Position numbers and translations under genes: made by a program. Positions 15,837-16,784 of a stretch of 16,784 bases of DNA are shown in pieces (the first letter of the stretch is position 1; every line of letters begins with the position of its first letter). The stretch comes from Candidatus Jordarchaeales archaeon. Its GTDB lineage: Archaea; Asgardarchaeota; Jordiarchaeia; Jordiarchaeales; Freyrarchaeaceae. The DNA is taken from positions 1-16,784 of the forward strand of contig JAWCFL010000036.1 of assembly GCA_038858525.1 (NCBI GenBank). The letters are read 5' to 3'. The notes below the pieces were generated by a model. It saw nothing but the letters and a program-made list of their open reading frames with translations. It was not told the origin of the DNA and searched no databases.

Positions 15837-16140
15837 GGGCTCCCTTATCGAGGACTGGGCCGACTGCCCAAGCGGGGTGGATGAGGCTTGGAGCAAGGAG
15901 GGAGCTACATTATTGGGGGAGACCGCCGCGCAAAACCCTACTTGAACGGACTTTCACCGAGAAAAAGGGAAGGTATAAAACTTCCGGGATGAGGTGGAGT
16001 TTACCCAAGTAGGGGACAGCGGCTTAGAAACGCCAGGTATGGCTCCCGGGTTTGAGAGCATGGTTGAGGGGGGCGAATGCTCCACTATGAAACCATGTGT
16101 TAGTTACCTCGGGAACACTGGCGTTTCTCCCCCTAATGTT
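15837..16140 (+). ncRNA. Three-hairpin box H/ACA pseudouridylation guide RNA (predicted)
   Basis: Three stem-pocket-stem-K-turn units. ACA boxes lie at 15907-15909, 16016-16018 and 16115-16117, which is 14, 15 and 16 nt from the 3' pocket start. The G-U pairs are consistent only with the + strand. Folded by eye. Confidence 0.8.
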
Positions 16141-16165
16141 CCATTTATTATCTTCCGAAAGATGA

Positions 16166-16176
16166 GCTGTTTTTAG
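16166..16176 (+). terminator. Possible oligo-T terminator after the structured RNA
   Basis: GCTGTTTTTAG follows a short AUCUU/AAGAU hairpin. Weak evidence. Confidence 0.3.
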
Positions 16177-16251
16177 TGGGGGGACAGAAATTTTAAAAGC
16201 TTCTAAGATTGTTAGGGTTTAGGAGAAGGAGCGATGTAGGTGAGGGCGACA

Positions 16252-16569
16252 TTGCCTAGGAAGAGAGATAAGGACCATGAGGTAATTGAAGTTAAGGACG
16301 TGCGAGTGCCTATGGAGGGGGAGATTTTAGGAGTAGTTGAAAGGATGGTTGGCAACGATAGGCTTATTGTTAACTGTACTGATGGGAAGACGCGATTGGC
16401 GAGAATAAGAGGCAAATTTAAGAAGAAGGTTTGGATAAGGAATGGCGATGTTGTTCTCGTGGCGCCTTGGGATTTTCAAGATGATCGTGCCGATGTTGTG
16501 TGGAGATACAATGAGGGAGAGGTTAAGTGGCTTAAAAATAGAGGGTACTTGAACGGGTTAAATGTTTAA
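16252..16569 (+). CDS. eif1a: Translation initiation factor aIF-1A
   Basis: VRVP.EGEILGVVERMVGNDRLIVNCTDGKTRLARIRGKFKKKVWIRNGDVVLVAPWDFQ...DVVWRY. Start is probably TTG 16252 after a GGTGA SD; the ORF track gives GTG 16240. Confidence 0.96.
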   Translation: MPRKRDKDHEVIEVKDVRVPMEGEILGVVERMVGNDRLIVNCTDGKTRLARIRGKFKKKVWIRNGDVVLVAPWDFQDDRADVVWRYNEGEVKWLKNRGYLNGLNV

Positions 16570-16784
16570 CTCGTCTTTTTGATGCGGCGAATACCACTGA
16601 GAATTCTTTCAATGACTTCCGGCTTTAAGTATATGACTGCTGCAAGAGTTAATGTTGCTAATAAGGAGAAGGCTGACGCTTGGTTGTTCAGCTGGCTAAG
16701 CTCCCAATGTTTTAACATAACTTGCGTTATAATGGCTGTTAGAAGCGAAAGTGGCCTTATCGCCTCAGGAGGTAAAACATCTAT
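16566..16784 (-). CDS. C-terminal part of a probable membrane protein; runs off the right edge
   Basis: Open frame IDVLPPEAIRPLSLLTAIITQVML...AFSLLATLTLAAVIYLKPEVIERILSGIRRIKKTS-stop. Its TAA overlaps the aIF-1A stop region. Confidence 0.65.
   Translation of the reverse strand: MDVLPPEAIRPLSLLTAIITQVMLKHWELSQLNNQASAFSLLATLTLAAVIYLKPEVIERILSGIRRIKKTS

Noticed and set aside
15837-16140. Alternative identity as SRP RNA, group I intron, tRNA or rRNA fragment
   Set aside because: No SRP helix 8 (GGAA tetraloop with AGCAG-type loop) or Alu motif, no group I core elements and no cloverleaf on either strand. The repeated K-turn plus ACA spacing explains it better.
15994-16176. 60-aa + strand ORF
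   Set aside because: It lies within the structured H/ACA-like RNA and has no recognisable protein features.
11817-16415. Shadow ORFs 11817-12089, 12121-12345, 13787-14029, 14427-14627, 14469-14663, 14729-14944 and 16212-16415
   Set aside because: They overlap better-supported genes on the opposite strand or in another frame and show no recognisable features.

Overview
Archaeal chromosomal core region from an anaerobe that uses H4MPT/methanofuran C1 chemistry. A TACK- or Asgard-type lineage is my inference; it cannot be proven from this window. Left to right it holds: a partial Lhr helicase with its metallophosphoesterase partner; a SWIM zinc-finger gene with two coupled small ORFs; an AbrB-PhoU regulator; fwdA-fwdC-mch; an FAD oxidoreductase; deoxyhypusine synthase tail-to-tail with TiaS; a stand-alone Lrp ligand-binding domain; Tsr3; a type A RNase P RNA gene (hidden under three spurious ORFs); a PUA-domain protein with a frameshifted RsmB/NOP m5C methyltransferase; two membrane proteins; aIF-1A; and a partial membrane protein. 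The two most notable signals are absent from the ORF track. (1) An RNA of about 300 nt at 15837-16140 folds into three H/ACA-type hairpins, each with a K-turn and an ACA box 14-16 nt from the pocket. Extra long-range helices wrap hairpins 2 and 3. Its pockets match conserved large-subunit rRNA sites whose eukaryotic equivalents are pseudouridylated (rRNA sequences recalled, not in this window). (2) The methyltransferase is broken by a +1 frameshift confined to an 11-nt interval containing UUU_CGA_UGA, which matches a known +1 slippage motif. No mobile elements or CRISPR arrays were seen.
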